A stretch of 63,038 nt of DNA, filler included, from Octopus bimaculoides (lineage: Eukaryota): the NCBI RefSeq assembly GCF_001194135.2. It is 8 parts of 8 records of this genome, joined end to end, with 100 filler letters (N's around TTAATTAATTAA, not from the genome) between each part and the next. Parts side by side here need not be neighbours in the genome. Positions count along the whole stretch, not along the records: positions 33,009 to 49,014 come from NC_068989.1; 7 more parts are not named here. The stretch is one strand, 5' to 3'. Positions 36,070 to 48,995 of the stretch are shown one piece after another (within the stretch, counting starts at the first letter, position 1; the number at the start of each line of letters is the position of its first letter). Below the pieces are notes generated by a model. That model ran no database searches, was not told the DNA's origin, and was given only the letters and a program-made list of their open reading frames with translations. Made by a program: the position numbers and the translations under genes.

Positions 36070-37314
36070 CTTTAAAGATCGAGAAGAAATTACACATTAT
36101 ACATATACATATNNNNNNNNNNNNNNNNNNNNNNNNNNNNNNNNNNNNNNNNNNNNNNNNNNNNNNNNNNNNNNNNNNNNNNNNNNNNNNNNNNNNNNNN
36201 NNNNNNNNNNNNNNNNNNNNNNNNNNNNNNNNNNNNNNNNNNNNNNNNNNNNNNNNNNNNNNNNNNNNNNNNNNNNNNNNNNNNNNNNNNNNNNNNNNNN
36301 NNNNNNNNNNNNNNNNNNNNNNNNNNNNNNNNNNNNNNNNNNNNNNNNNNNNNNNNNNNNNNNNNNNNNNNNNNNNNNNNNNNNNNNNNNNNNNNNNNNN
36401 NNNNNNNNNNNNNNNNNNNNNNNNNNNNNNNNNNNNNNNNNNNNNNNNNNNNNNNNNNNNNNNNNNNNNNNNNNNNNNNNNNNNNNNNNNNNNNNNNNNN
36501 NNNNNNNNNNNNNNNNNNNNNNNNNNNNNNNNNNNNNNNNNNNNNNNNNNNNNNNNNNNNNNNNNNNNNNNNNNNNNNNNNNNNNNNNNNNNNNNNNNNN
36601 NNNNNNNNNNNNNNNNNNNNNNNNNNNNNNNNNNNNNNNNNNNNNNNNNNNNNNNNNNNNNNNNNNNNNNNNNNNNNNNNNNNNNNNNNNNNNNNNNNNN
36701 NNNNNNNNNNNNNNNNNNNNNNNNNNNNNNNNNNNNNNNNNNNNNNNNNNNNNNNNNNNNNNNNNNNNNNNNNNNNNNNNNNNNNNNNNNNNNNNNNNNN
36801 NNNNNNNNNNNNNNNNNNNNNNNNNNNNNNNNNNNNNNNNNNNNNNNNNNNNNNNNNNNNNNNNNNNNNNNNNNNNNNNNNNNNNNNNNNNNNNNNNNNN
36901 NNNNNNNNNNNNNNNNNNNNNNNNNNNNNNNNNNNNNNNNNNNNNNNNNNNNNNNNNNNNNNNNNNNNNNNNNNNNNNNNNNNNNNNNNNNNNNNNNNNN
37001 NNNNNNNNNNGGGGTCAATAAAAAAGCAACCAGTTAAACACTGGAGTCGATGTGTTCGACTACCCTCTCCTACAAAATCTCAGGCTGTGCGTCTATCACA
37101 GAAAGGTTTATTATCATAAGCTTTACAAAGGATATGGAGGAGACTGAATAAGTTAGCCATTCTGAATATACACACATACACATATAGATACATATGTACA
37201 TACATATATATCTATATATACAGATACACGCACGTATACATACAAATACCTGCATGCATGCACATGCACACACAAATGCACAAATACACACACACACACA
37301 CATACACACACACA

Positions 37315-37402
<88 letters not shown>

Positions 37403-37452
37403 CACACACATACATGCACACACATACACACATATCTATGTATTAGACTTAC

Positions 37453-37717
37453 TTGACTCCATCGTTTTTTCGGTTTCACTTTTTGAGTGTCTTTCAGGTG
37501 CAGAAAAAACGGAATGCCACAATTTAAGATCCATTGAAGTTGCAATCCGTAAGGCATTCGATTTGCATAAACTTCTGTACGAGCAATATTCAGTTTGTTT
37601 TGAAGTAACGACAGAAGCTGCAGTGCAAACTCTCCAAGATCGTTTCCTTTACAACCATTATCAAGAATCACGTGGGACTCTATATAGACATGAGACAGTT
37701 TTTTCGACAAGGATAAT
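37453..37717 (-). CDS. CHS: Chitin synthase, exon D
   Basis: ttccag|A TTA...AGT CAA|gtaagt, 265 nt, VYIESHVILDNG...PYGLQLQW..FFLHLKDTQKVKPKKRWSQ (CHS ESH..D, PYG, HLKD..K..KKRWSQ motifs). Confidence 0.92.
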
Positions 37718-37789
37718 CTGGAATTCACAGAAGAGATTTAATGAAAAAAAAAAGATGCAACTGACAAATACAGACAGCAAATCTGAAAT

Positions 37790-38390
37790 GGACTTTTACA
37801 GGTAGGAAAACTTTCATTTCTTTTAAAAACAAACTCTGGTCCCGTAACGATACTGACGAAGACTTCGACGTTACTACGGGTTCTGCTAATTCAGCCCAGA
37901 TCATGGACTTGATGGGTCTGTTTCTCCTTTCAAAAATTAAGGAGAAATTCTTAAACACCAGGAGAGGTTTGTATAGAGACAACGTCTTATTTGCTATCTC
38001 AAGTTGTACATTAAAAACAATCGATAGAAGGAAGAAAAAATTAATTCATTTTTTTAAGGTATATGATTTGGAGATCCTGTTTGAAAATAGCACGGAAACT
38101 GTTAACTTTCTAGATGTAACATTAAATTTGGATGATGGACTATTTTATCCCAATTATAAGCCGAATTAAAGCATCTAATATATCCATATACTATCTAATC
38201 ACCCCAAAAGTATCATCAATGGATTGATTAGGGGAATTTCAATTAGATTAGCTAACTTGTCGGCAAACCAAACAGTTTTAAATTACGTGGCGCCTATTTT
38301 TAACACAGCTTTGAAGAATAGTGGTTTTAAAGAAGATATATACTATATTAAAGATACCCTATTCAAATACAGATAAGGTAAACTTTTTCC
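37790..38390 (+). mobile_element. Penelope-like element RT remnant (inside a CHS intron)
   Basis: RKTFISFKNKLW..DFDVTTGS..GLYRDNVL..KKKL..FF..VNFLDVTLNL..FYPNYKPN..YIH..SNHPKSI. Confidence 0.8.
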
Positions 38391-38490
38391 AAACCCAGCT
38401 GAATCCGGTATTGATATTTCGCTCGTAAATAACCCTCCTGAACAACGTGACCCCTATCATTTTAGGAGATTTCCTTGGTATCCTAACATG

Positions 38491-38492
<2 letters not shown>

Positions 38493-38563
<71 letters not shown>
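38493..38563. repeat. (TAA)n microsatellite
   Basis: Direct reading. Confidence 0.9.
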
Positions 38564-38564
<1 letters not shown>

Positions 38565-39420
38565 GCTCATCTTTTCATTTTTAACGTTGCGGTAGAGTCG
38601 TACAACTTCTTTGAGCATATGTTCAGGTTTATGAGACAAGGATAGCTGCTCAAGGAGCTGCCTTCCAAGTCTTATGATGTTATCAGCCTCATATATGCAA
38701 ACTCGGTCAAGTGATGCACTTCGACACTTGATAGTTAAAAAATGTTGCTGATATGATACGACATTCAGAGTCAGTTTGGATTGATGTTAAGCCTCTGCCA
38801 CCTTGCTTTCGTTTTAGGTAGAGGTGGTCCACGTCACTGTTGATGTGGAAATTATGAGTGCTTGTTAGTATCATCCGGATTTTCGCATCAATTGCTTGGA
38901 TATCATCAAGGGAAGCAGCCCAAATGTTGGTATGAGTACTGGCATTGCAAGCACATTGTAGGCCACTGTTTCATTGAATGCAGATAGTTCCGAGGTCCAA
39001 ATTTTCTTTATTTGGTTGTAATATTCATTAGTGAGACGTTTTTTTGCTACAGGTTCCATTGTAAGATATGTTTTCATCTACTCCTAGATACCTGTAACAT
39101 TCCTCATCAGATATAGAGGAAACAGTCAAGTCATTAATGAAGATGTTGCTAGTCTAATTTACAGTTTCCCTCTTTTCACAATCGTATAGTAACATTTGTC
39201 CTGCCCAAACTCCAACCCCACATCCTTTGAGAAAGTTGTAACCAGGTCAAGGTTCTTTTCCATCGCGTGTACACTATTTGTATATAGTTTCAAGTCATCT
39301 ACAAAGAAACAGTGTGTAATATTGCTATTCCTGTTTCCTTGTGAACCAGTGAGGTATCCTTCAGATTTCCTTAACATGGATTAACAGAATACCCTCTCCA
39401 CGTGAGAGTATATCAAATCC
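38565..39420 (-). mobile_element. R4/Dong-clade non-LTR retrotransposon RT remnant (inside a CHS intron)
   Basis: ITHCFFVDDLKLY..TFSKDVGLEFGQDKC..KRGK; IWTSELSAFN..N.LAMPVLIPTFG; SDVDHLYLKRKQGGRGL. Confidence 0.75.
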
Positions 39421-39477
39421 AGAATTATCTTTCTCGGAAAATTTCAGATAGGGCACATTTCACAAATATATAACTCT

Positions 39478-39478
39478 G

Positions 39479-39547
<69 letters not shown>

Positions 39548-39564
39548 ACTGCTGCTGTTACTGC

Positions 39565-39605
<41 letters not shown>

Positions 39606-39645
39606 CTACTACCACTACTGCTGCTGCTACTACTACTACTACAAT
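39478..39645. repeat. Compound (TAC)n(TGC)n(GAT)n microsatellite
   Basis: Direct reading. Confidence 0.9.
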
Positions 39646-39758
39646 AATTATTGCGGTTGTGCCAGCTATTTACTGTAGTTGTAGTAGGGGGAGAGTGGTC
39701 AGTTACTTTAGTCAGTGATGTAGTTTCGCTGGTAGGCAGTACAGAATTTGTATGCGTG

Positions 39759-39789
<31 letters not shown>

Positions 39790-39830
39790 GTATGCATATA
39801 TATATGTATGTATTAAGCATTGTTATTTAC

Positions 39831-40747
39831 CCTTCTAAACTTTTCAGGAGACGCTCCATTTCGAATTCTGCTTCTCTATACATGGTTGTACATACGAAAA
39901 TTTTGCTCACTTTGGATACCCCGGTCAACATTTCACTCATCTTATCATGTCCGGTATGAATTCCTTCTGGTTTGTAATTCAAATGCAAATGATGTTCGAG
40001 GAAGATATTGTTGTAAGTAAAACTTAAGAAGTTCGATTCCGAAGATTTCAGTATGGAATTTGGTACAGGTGTATGGTTCATGCCCAGCATTAGAAATGGT
40101 AACAACCAAAGTAAAACTGCAATTCCTAAACAAAACCACGAAGCGAGAGTTAATCCTGACAGGGCAGACAACTTTACGACATGAAAAAAACCATAGAAAT
40201 TGTCGAAAATTATGATCAAGATTGTGATCGGAGTGACGAATAGTGTTGGTAGGTAAATACCACTATGTGTAAGGCATATTCGTGCTGATACGTAAGTGGA
40301 TGCATGCGATAATAAACCGGCAAAGAGGTGAATCAAGAGTCCATCTCTGAAGGTTTTTGTTGAGTTTATATTATCGAAACCTTGCATTAAGCTGTAAAAT
40401 GATTCTTTGAAAGTGTCCTGCCGATTTAAGTAAGTTATAACAACGGCTAAAACAAAAAGTACTACCAATTTCAAAACAGTATAAACTATACCGGCATTTT
40501 TACGACCATCAACGAAGCCGTCTTGAGATCGTATTATAAACGTTGCTATTCCGGGGCACCACGTGAAAGATAAAGCCAATAAGGATGTGGACAAAATTAG
40601 AGATTCTGAAATAGTCAAGATTTGGCTAAAACCAGTCACAAATGACGTGGCCACAACTAATGCAACAGAAATTAGTCCGAATGCAGTACGAAGAATATTC
40701 TTCAGAGATTTAGTGTTTGAATTGGTGTTATCATGGTCCAATATCCA
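39831..40747 (-). CDS. CHS: Chitin synthase, exon C (TM helices plus start of the GT2 catalytic domain)
   Basis: ttttctag|TGG ATA TTG...GAA GG|gtaaat, 917 nt. It ends KIFVCTTMYREAEFEMERLLKSLE, equivalent to the CATMWHE..EM..LLKS motif of CHS. Confidence 0.9.
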
Positions 40748-40999
40748 CTAGAAAAAAAGAAAGAAAAGAGAGAAATAAGTACAAATGTATTTGGTATTTT
40801 CTAATGGTAGGCCATATTACATGTCAACATTTCATACAATTTAGCAATGAAACTGGCAACATTTACATGTGTATCTTATATACAAATTATTAGTTAGTTC
40901 AGTAAGTTGAATATATTGCTGGCATGTAAAAAGGGCTTTATATTTAAATATGTATCTGTGTGTGCGTGCGTGTGTGTATACATACATGTGTGTGTGTAC

Positions 41000-41031
<32 letters not shown>

Positions 41032-42276
41032 NNNNNNNNNNNNNNNNNNNNNNNNNNNNNNNNNNNNNNNNNNNNNNNNNNNNNNNNNNNNNNNNNNNNN
41101 NNNNNNNNNNNNNNNNNNNNNNNNNNNNNNNNNNNNNNNNNNNNNNNNNNNNNNNNNNNNNNNNNNNNNNNNNNNNNNNNNNNNNNNNNNNNNNNNNNNN
41201 NNNNNNNNNNNNNNNNNNNNNNNNNNNNNNNNNNNNNNNNNNNNNNNNNNNNNNNNNNNNNNNNNNNNNNNNNNNNNNNNNNNNNNNNNNNNNNNNNNNN
41301 NNNNNNNNNNNNNNNNNNNNNNNNNNNNNNNNNNNNNNNNNNNNNNNNNNNNNNNNNNNNNNNNNNNNNNNNNNNNNNNNNNNNNNNNNNNNNNNNNNNN
41401 NNNNNNNNNNNNNNNNNNNNNNNNNNNNNNNNNNNNNNNNNNNNNNNNNNNNNNNNNNNNNNNNNNNNNNNNNNNNNNNNNNNNNNNNNNNNNNNNNNNN
41501 NNNNNNNNNNNNNNNNNNNNNNNNNNNNNNNNNNNNNNNNNNNNNNNNNNNNNTATATATATAAATTTATTGAATAACATGTACTTATTTAAAATACTTA
41601 CAATTGTTTCAATTTTACTCAATACTATTTACAACTTTATAAATAAAATAAAATAAAATTTGCATTTGGAATATTATATGAGTAAAACCTCATCAGGACT
41701 AATTGACATAAAAGGATTACATGTGGTTAGGTTGAGATTTAAAAACAAACTGAATAAACGAAGTTATGTTTATATGTGTGTGGGGATGTTAAATATATTT
41801 TATAAGAAAATAAAAGAAAAGAAAATACGAATAAAAATTTTAATTAAAACAAATAAAAAAATATAGCCATTATAAATTTTTATGTCTATAGATTGTACTA
41901 ATTTATGTGTGTGTGTGTGCGTGTTTGGAAGAATAAACGAATTCGTTTAGATATTTATACTTGTGCGCGTTGCTATTTTATAATAAAAATAAAAGTAAAA
42001 ATAAAAATAATATATTATATGCGCGTATTTCCATTTATAATTATTTGTGTGTGTATGCGTGTTAACTTATTTTAAAACGAAGGGACCATTGAAATTGGAT
42101 TTACGTTAATATATATTATGTTTACCAGTAAGATTTTCAATTAATATATTTATTAACTATTATAGATATTAATTAACCATTAAATTCATGGATATTAAAC
42201 AATAAATATTATTATTAATTAAAACATACAACTTAATCTTAGCAGTTATATGAAATTATTTTGTCTAATTAATTAA

Positions 42277-42495
42277 GGCGGCGAGCTGGCGGAAACCTTA
42301 GCACACCGAGCAAAATGCGTAGCGATATTTCGTCTGTCTTTACGTTCTGACTTTAAATTCCGCCGAGGTCGACTTTGCCTTTCATCCTTTCAGGTTCGAT
42401 TAAATAAAGACCAGTTACGCACTGGGGTTGATATAATCGACTTAATCCCTTTGCTTGTCTCCTCTATGTTTAGCCCACTGTGGGCAATAAAGAAG
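42277..42495 (+). mobile_element. Family-A SINE (inside a CHS intron)
   Basis: aaggcggcgagctggcggaaac..ccgaggtcgactttgcctttcatcc..gggcaataaagaa. Confidence 0.75.
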
Positions 42496-42735
42496 TAAAT
42501 ATTTTTTCTGCTTAATTTGTATTAATCCAGGGTTTAGGATAATGTGTATCACATGATTATTTTGGGTGTTTGATATAAGGAATTCGTGTCTTACGTCATC
42601 AAAGGTTTTGCTGTTATTATTAACCCTCTATTTTGTTTATTGATTAAAAGACATATATTGTCATAACATTCAATATAATATAATATATTTATTTATCACA
42701 CTTACCAATATAATATATTTATTTATCATACTTAC

Positions 42736-42882
42736 CATTCCCTGTTTAAAAGATAGTGAAACTATCTGCAAGCAGAGCACACTGCTTAGTAACGGGATAA
42801 GGATAATCGGATGAAGTTTGGGACCGACTATCATAAGAAAAAATATTAATGCGGTGCTTTCCATTATAGAGCAGACGATACC
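42736..42882 (-). CDS. CHS: Chitin synthase, exon B (TM)
   Basis: ttttcag|GGT ATC...GGA ATG|gtaagt, 147 nt, GIVCSIMESTALIFFLMIVGPKLHPIILIPLLSSVLCLQIVSLSFKQGM; phase 0/0. Confidence 0.8.
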
Positions 42883-43047
42883 CTGAAAATGGATAAAATA
42901 GTAATAGCATGAATCAGACTGTTGGAAGAAGCGGTCAAAAATCGGAGAGACAGATAGACAGACGGGGTGAAAGCGAGACAGAGAGAGAGAAAGAGAAAGA
43001 GGAAATTATGAATGAAAAAAAAAAAAAATATTAAATTTGTGACATAC

Positions 43048-43174
43048 TAATAGAAAAGATGGCAGCGACGGCCATTCGCTTAATTTGCCATGGAGGAGAA
43101 AAGACGTGCACCACAAAAGTTTGACTATAGTAATAATTTCGGGCACAGCAAGCACTAATGTCATTGTAGCTATC
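43048..43174 (-). CDS. CHS: Chitin synthase, exon A (N-terminal TM region; first identifiable exon, not the true first)
   Basis: tttacag|G ATA GCT...CTA TTA|gtatgt, 127 nt, IATMTLVLAVPEIITIVKLLWCTSF...EWPSLPSFLL. It resembles the PE..W..F..P transmembrane segment of metazoan CHS and splices in phase 0 to exon B. Confidence 0.75.
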
Positions 43175-43599
43175 CTGTAAAGAGAAAAAGGAAAATTGTT
43201 AAAAACCTTCCATCAAGGCAACGTTTTTTCTTTTTTTTTTTTTTTTAAGATAAGAAAAATACGATCGTGATTCCACGATATTGATTATTCTAATACTGTT
43301 TTCAGATAAATTCGTTTTTGTTTTTTTTTGTTTGTTTGTTTGTTTTTTTTGTAGTTGTTTTTGTTTCTTCTCCTTCGTACTCAGTCATTATATGTTTGAA
43401 AAGAGGTAAAATTTATTCAAATCTCAAAAATGTAATTTCTAATGTAACTGAGTTTGAAAAACTTGGTTACAGGGTCTCCAAGATTGTCTCCCTTGTGTGT
43501 CAGGACGTATTTATTATTCTCAGCAATTTAGGGTCCAAGAATAGAAAGTTACTGACCTCCACAAGTTTTATATTATCATTGGAATTTATGGCAAGTGGC

Positions 43600-44330
43600 T
43601 TTAATTCACATTGATTGTCCCATTGCCATGTATAACAACTCAAAACCATAGAAACTATTGTACAAAATGTACCAGTGCTCACTGGGGATCCAAAAATGAA
43701 CATTCTGAAAACACATAAATTCCTCAAATACAAAAGAGCAACACAAATCGCTGAAAAGACTTCTAACAAGTGCAAAGCTTTACACAAAAACCACGAAACC
43801 AACAGTTAAAAAATGCGAACGCCCAAACTGTAGAACATGCCTAAACCTACTGGAAGGCTCAGAATTCTTTTTCAAACAAGGAGAGAAGTTTTCTATAAAA
43901 AACCAACTTCACTTGTGTTTCCGAGAATCTAATTTATGTTATAACTCGTTCAGATTGTGGACGTAACTATATAGGACAGTTAAGTATGACACTGAGACGG
44001 AGAACCACACTACATAAGGAACAAACTCGGTTCCCGCAGTGCAGATAGATTCCTTTGAGTAAACACATAGAGAGATGTGCAGGTAATATCCAACCAAACT
44101 TCACAGTTTCCCCATCTACCAGAGCAAAGAAACAATTTCTGTTTAAGAACATTTAAATAAAGAAAATTTATTTATTAACAAATACAGAACAAGCCTAATA
44201 ATGAACGCATAACCCAGTTTCATTGTTACCACTTACGTAATTAATTGTGTAAATGTCCGCAATTAATCAGTGTGATCGTCACAGCAATATGATTACTACT
44301 TACGTAATTACGTAAGTAGTAACAATGAAA
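43600..44330 (+). mobile_element. Penelope-like element 3' part with Cys-linker and GIY-YIG endonuclease remnant
   Basis: SLKRLLTSAK..VKKCERPNCRTC..NFTC.SENLIYVIT..CG..YIGQ..LRRR..H; includes a frameshift and a stop. Confidence 0.75.
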
Positions 44331-44619
44331 TCGTGTTTGTGATTAATCTTTATATTTTGTATCTTTTCATTTGTCTTGCTCGCTTACGTACTGGCGTTTG
44401 CTGAATTTTCTTGAGAACGATCTTTCCTAAGTGGTCAGACCATAGGTGGTCTTCTAGCATAATGGATGTTCACTTAGTGGTCATCCGTCTTATATGTATA
44501 TATATATTTCTGTTACTGATTTATTCACATAATCCTTTTCATTATTCTTTTTATTATTATGAATTAGCAGTTTTCATTATTTATTTGTATTACGTTTTAT
44601 TTTTTATATTCCTATATCA

Positions 44620-45056
44620 CGCACCACACAAATGCCCACGCATGCACACGCACACACACACGCGCAAACACACGTACACACACACCACACACACACATGA
44701 GCGCACATATACTTCCACACGCACACAACCCTCCACACACCCAATACACACATAAAACACACACACATGCATACATATACACGCACGTACATACACTGCC
44801 ACACACAATCACACGCACATACACACACACACACATCCCCAAATGCACACACGTACACACACATATATATACAGCGAGAGTGAGACAGAGTGACAGTCAC
44901 ACAACCATACACATGTGCATACACTCGCACATATATACACACTCACACTCCGTCTATGCACACATGCCAACAAATCCACACACATCTATTCACATACCCT
45001 TCAGACTGCCTCTGACACACTACTCATCCTTCCATCTACGCACATATGCAAACACA

Positions 45057-45095
<39 letters not shown>

Positions 45096-45375
45096 AGGCA
45101 CACCCACCCATTCAAAACACCTGTCACTATACCTGTTAACCTCTCAGAGCCCTGTGTCATTAACACACAATCATACAAGTCGTACCACACGCACACAGAT
45201 CCTACAACACCACACACACACACATACAATACTCACACCAAGTCAAACACACACACAGTTAATACCACGGAAGCACACACACACACACACATACACATAC
45301 ACGCATACACGCTACCACGCTCTCAAACACGCACGCAGTTACTGCAACACACACACTACCTCACACACACACATA
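44620..45375. repeat. Degenerate (CA)n-rich tract
   Basis: Direct reading. Confidence 0.8.
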
Positions 45376-46695
45376 CCGACCATCTTCCCAATCCCCTGTC
45401 CCAGAAAGCACTTCCTCTTCATTCCTTCTACTTCCGGTCACTTCAGAAATGTAACCACACGCGGACTGTTGACGATTTTTTTCCTCCTTCCTTCTTTCCC
45501 TTTGGACTTGCCGCTTTTTCCTGTTTTCGAAGGAGAGCTATGTCATGTTCAAAACGTAAAACCACTACTCCCTTCTTTCTCATAGTTCGTATTTGTTTTA
45601 CGCAAACAAACTTTTCTATATATGCTTTCAGTGCGAATGGTTTTGTTATACGTCATGGTATTTTACAAACCTGTAAATAATAATAATAATGGCATTTTCA
45701 TATAAGCTTAATGTTTATGGCGATCACCGTGCAATGACTAAGGAAAACAGTCTAAAAGTAACACACCTACTCGCGTCAACAAAAGGATTGGGTTCGAGTC
45801 AAACGCGGAAAGACAGCCTTCTTTTTTTCTGCCGCGGGCTTATATGCGTCCGAGGGCTTATAATGCGTCCCCAATTAGATTAGTTGATAAAGTCTTTTGT
45901 ACAAACAANNNNNNNNNNNNNNNNNNNNNNNNNNNNNNNNNNNNNNNNNNNNNNNNNNNNNNNNNNNNNNNNNNNNNNNNNNNNNNNNNNNNNNNNNNNN
46001 NNNNNNNNNNNNNNNNNNNNNNNNNNNNNNNNNNNNNNNNNNNNNNNNNNNNNNNNNNNNNNNNNNNNNNNNNNNNNNNNNNNNNNNNNNNNNNNNNNNN
46101 NNNNNNNNNNNNNNNNNNNNNNNNNNNNNNNNNNNNNNNNNNNNNNNNNNNNNNNNNNNNNNNNNNNNNNNNNNNNNNNNNNNNNNNNNNNNNNNNNNNN
46201 NNNNNNNNNNNNNNNNNNNNNNNNNNNNNNNNNNNNNNNNNNNNNNNNNNNNNNNNNNNNNNNNNNNNNNNNNNNNNNNNNNNNNNNNNNNNNNNNNNNN
46301 NNNNNNNNNNNNNNNNNNNNNNNNNNNNNNNNNNNNNNNNNNNNNNNNNNNNNNNNNNNNNNNNNNNNNNNNNNNNNNNNNNNNNNNNNNNNNNNNNNNN
46401 NNNNNNNNNNNNNNNNNNNNNNNNNNNNNNNNNNNNNNNNNNNNNNNNNNNNNNNNNNNNNNNNNNNNNNNNNNNNNNNNNNNNNNNNNNNNNNNNNNNN
46501 NNNNNNNNNNNNNNNNNNNNNNNNNNNNNNNNNNNNNNNNNNNNNNNNNNNNNNNNNNNNNNNNNNNNNNNNNNNNNNNNNNNNNNNNNNNNNNNNNNNN
46601 NNNNNNNNNNNNNNNNNNNNNNNNNNNNNNNNNNNNNNNNNNNNNNNNNNNNNNNNNNNNNNNNNNNNNNNNNNNNNNNNNNNNNNNNNNNNNNN

Positions 46696-46761
<66 letters not shown>

Positions 46762-47571
46762 TGCGTGTGTGTTAGAAACCCAGAATATGATTGGCAACAT
46801 AATATGGCAAAAAATGCGATGTGTAGTGAAAAGGAACAGCTTGAACGTTATTGTTGTTCTTATTATTATTACTTTTAGAGCGGTTTGGAGGGGATGGTTG
46901 TGTTATTTGCACTTTCATGTGGATTTTTTGTTTTGTGTTTGAACGAGTGTGTAAAGATAGGGTTTTCCTGAATAGCTGTTCTTTTCAAAGAATCCTGAGT
47001 GTGAATGATAATTGATAAATAATAAATGGTTATATTGATCATTATTTCAAGTGTGCAGGGTGAAATTACTTATACAACATCCAGTGACATTAAATATAGG
47101 CCATGGATAGAAAGGGACTAAGGTCTTGCTTGATTGGTCATGGAAAAATAGGGGACCGTAGCAGCTCTCTCTTAGTATTAGTAATAGCAGCCAAATAAAA
47201 AATGAAGACCGACAATTGAAGTGGATATAAAAATACAATTGAAAAGCACTAAATATGAAAAAAATGTAATAGGATGAAATTCATAGGAAAAATATATAAG
47301 AATATATATAAGACAATGTAATAAATGAATAAACATAAAAATGAATAAACAAAAAACTTAAACATTAAAGTAAATGAAATCTTTGAAGTACAATCTACAT
47401 AGCGGTCTTCACACAGTTTCTGCTTATCCAGTTTGACTCACAAAGCACGAACCGATACGAGACTATAGGAAGAGACTTGCTCAAGATATCACTTCATTCT
47501 GCAAGGTAGAACACGGGACCTTGTGTAACAGGAAGAGGACTTCTTACGTAATAAGCCATAATGCATCGGTG

Positions 47572-47618
<47 letters not shown>

Positions 47619-48629
47619 GTTTTTTGCAACGTCTTGTACCCAGATATGCATCTATATATACATGTAGATGTAGGTATGTACATACATGTACGTATATATG
47701 CNNNNNNNNNNNNNNNNNNNNNNNNNNNNNNNNNNNNNNNNNNNNNNNNNNNNNNNNNNNNNNNNNNNNNNNNNNNNNNNNNNNNNNNNNNNNNNNNNNN
47801 NNNNNNNNNNNNNNNNNNNNNNNNNNNNNNNNNNNNNNNNNNNNNNNNNNNNNNNNNNNNNNNNNNNNNNNNNNNNNNNNNNNNNNNNNNNNNNNNNNNN
47901 NNNNNNNNNNNNNNNNNNNNNNNNNNNNNNNNNNNNNNNNNNNNNNNNNNNNNNNNNNNNNNNNNNNNNNNNNNNNNNNNNNNNNNNNNNNNNNNNNNNN
48001 NNNNNNNNNNNNNNNNNNNNNNNNNNNNNNNNNNNNNNNNNNNNNNNNNNNNNNNNNNNNNNNNNNNNNNNNNNNNTATATATATATATATATATTATAA
48101 TAAAAGGTAAAATCATTAATAATTTTACCAGGTGGTCAGCGCAGAAATAAAAACCTCATTTTACAAAATATTTTGTAATTATATCCATAATTATAACAAG
48201 GGATTGGCTTTACGCCTCACCACGCACTGTAGAAATAGACGCCAAATGCCCCATTACCACCTTAAAATCTCCGAGAACAACACACTATATAGTGTGTTGC
48301 TCAAAATATCACTTCATCCTGCAAGGAAGAACACTAGAAATTGTGTAACTATGGATGGTCATAAACCACCTGTAGCTCAAACACGAAATCAGATCCGCTA
48401 CAAAGGAACAAAGCTATGCTCATGAAGACGCAGTTAAAGGAGAAGTATACTGCAAGTTCAAAGTATCACAAAAGGGATAAACCGACAAAGACTAAATTGG
48501 AATTACAAGCAAAAATTCAGGTACAAACAATGACCCGAGATCCACACAACACATAATTTCTTATGGAATGTTTATTGAAAAAATTCAATAACTGTTTTAT
48601 TGCAGACATAAGTTACACTAATATAAAAT

Positions 48630-48995
48630 AGGTACAGGTGTGGCTGTGTGATAAGAAGCTTGCTTTCCAACTACATGGTTCTGGGTTCAGTCCCGCTGCG
48701 TAGCATCTTGGGTAAATGTCTTCTACTATAGCTTCGGGCTGACCAAAATCTTGAGACTGAAAGAAGCCCCGTCATATATACATTCTTTTATTCGTTTACT
48801 TGTTTCAGCCATTTTGACTGCGGCCATGCTAGAGCACCGCTTTTAGTCGAACAAATCGACCCCAGGACATATTCTGTGTAAGCCTAGTATTTATTCTATC
48901 AGTCTCTGAGGCCAAACCGCTAGTTACGGGAACGTAAACACACCGACATCGGTAGTCAATCGATGGTAGAGGGACAAACACAGACACACAAATAT
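48630..48995. mobile_element. Family-C SINE halves in opposite orientations
   Basis: 5' half on + (48630-48780) and 3' half on - (48795-48995). Confidence 0.7.

Noticed and set aside
38493-38565. (TAA)n next to the R4 remnant as a Dong target site
   Set aside because: It reads TTA on the element's sense strand and abuts an internal truncation, not a true end.
44408-44445. Possible decayed hammerhead in the PLE 3' region (cttgagaacgatc..ggtcagac)
   Set aside because: Too many core changes to support.
47047-47250. Hydrophobic minus-strand ORF as an N-terminal CHS exon
   Set aside because: No recognisable motif, and no consistent splice phase with exon A.
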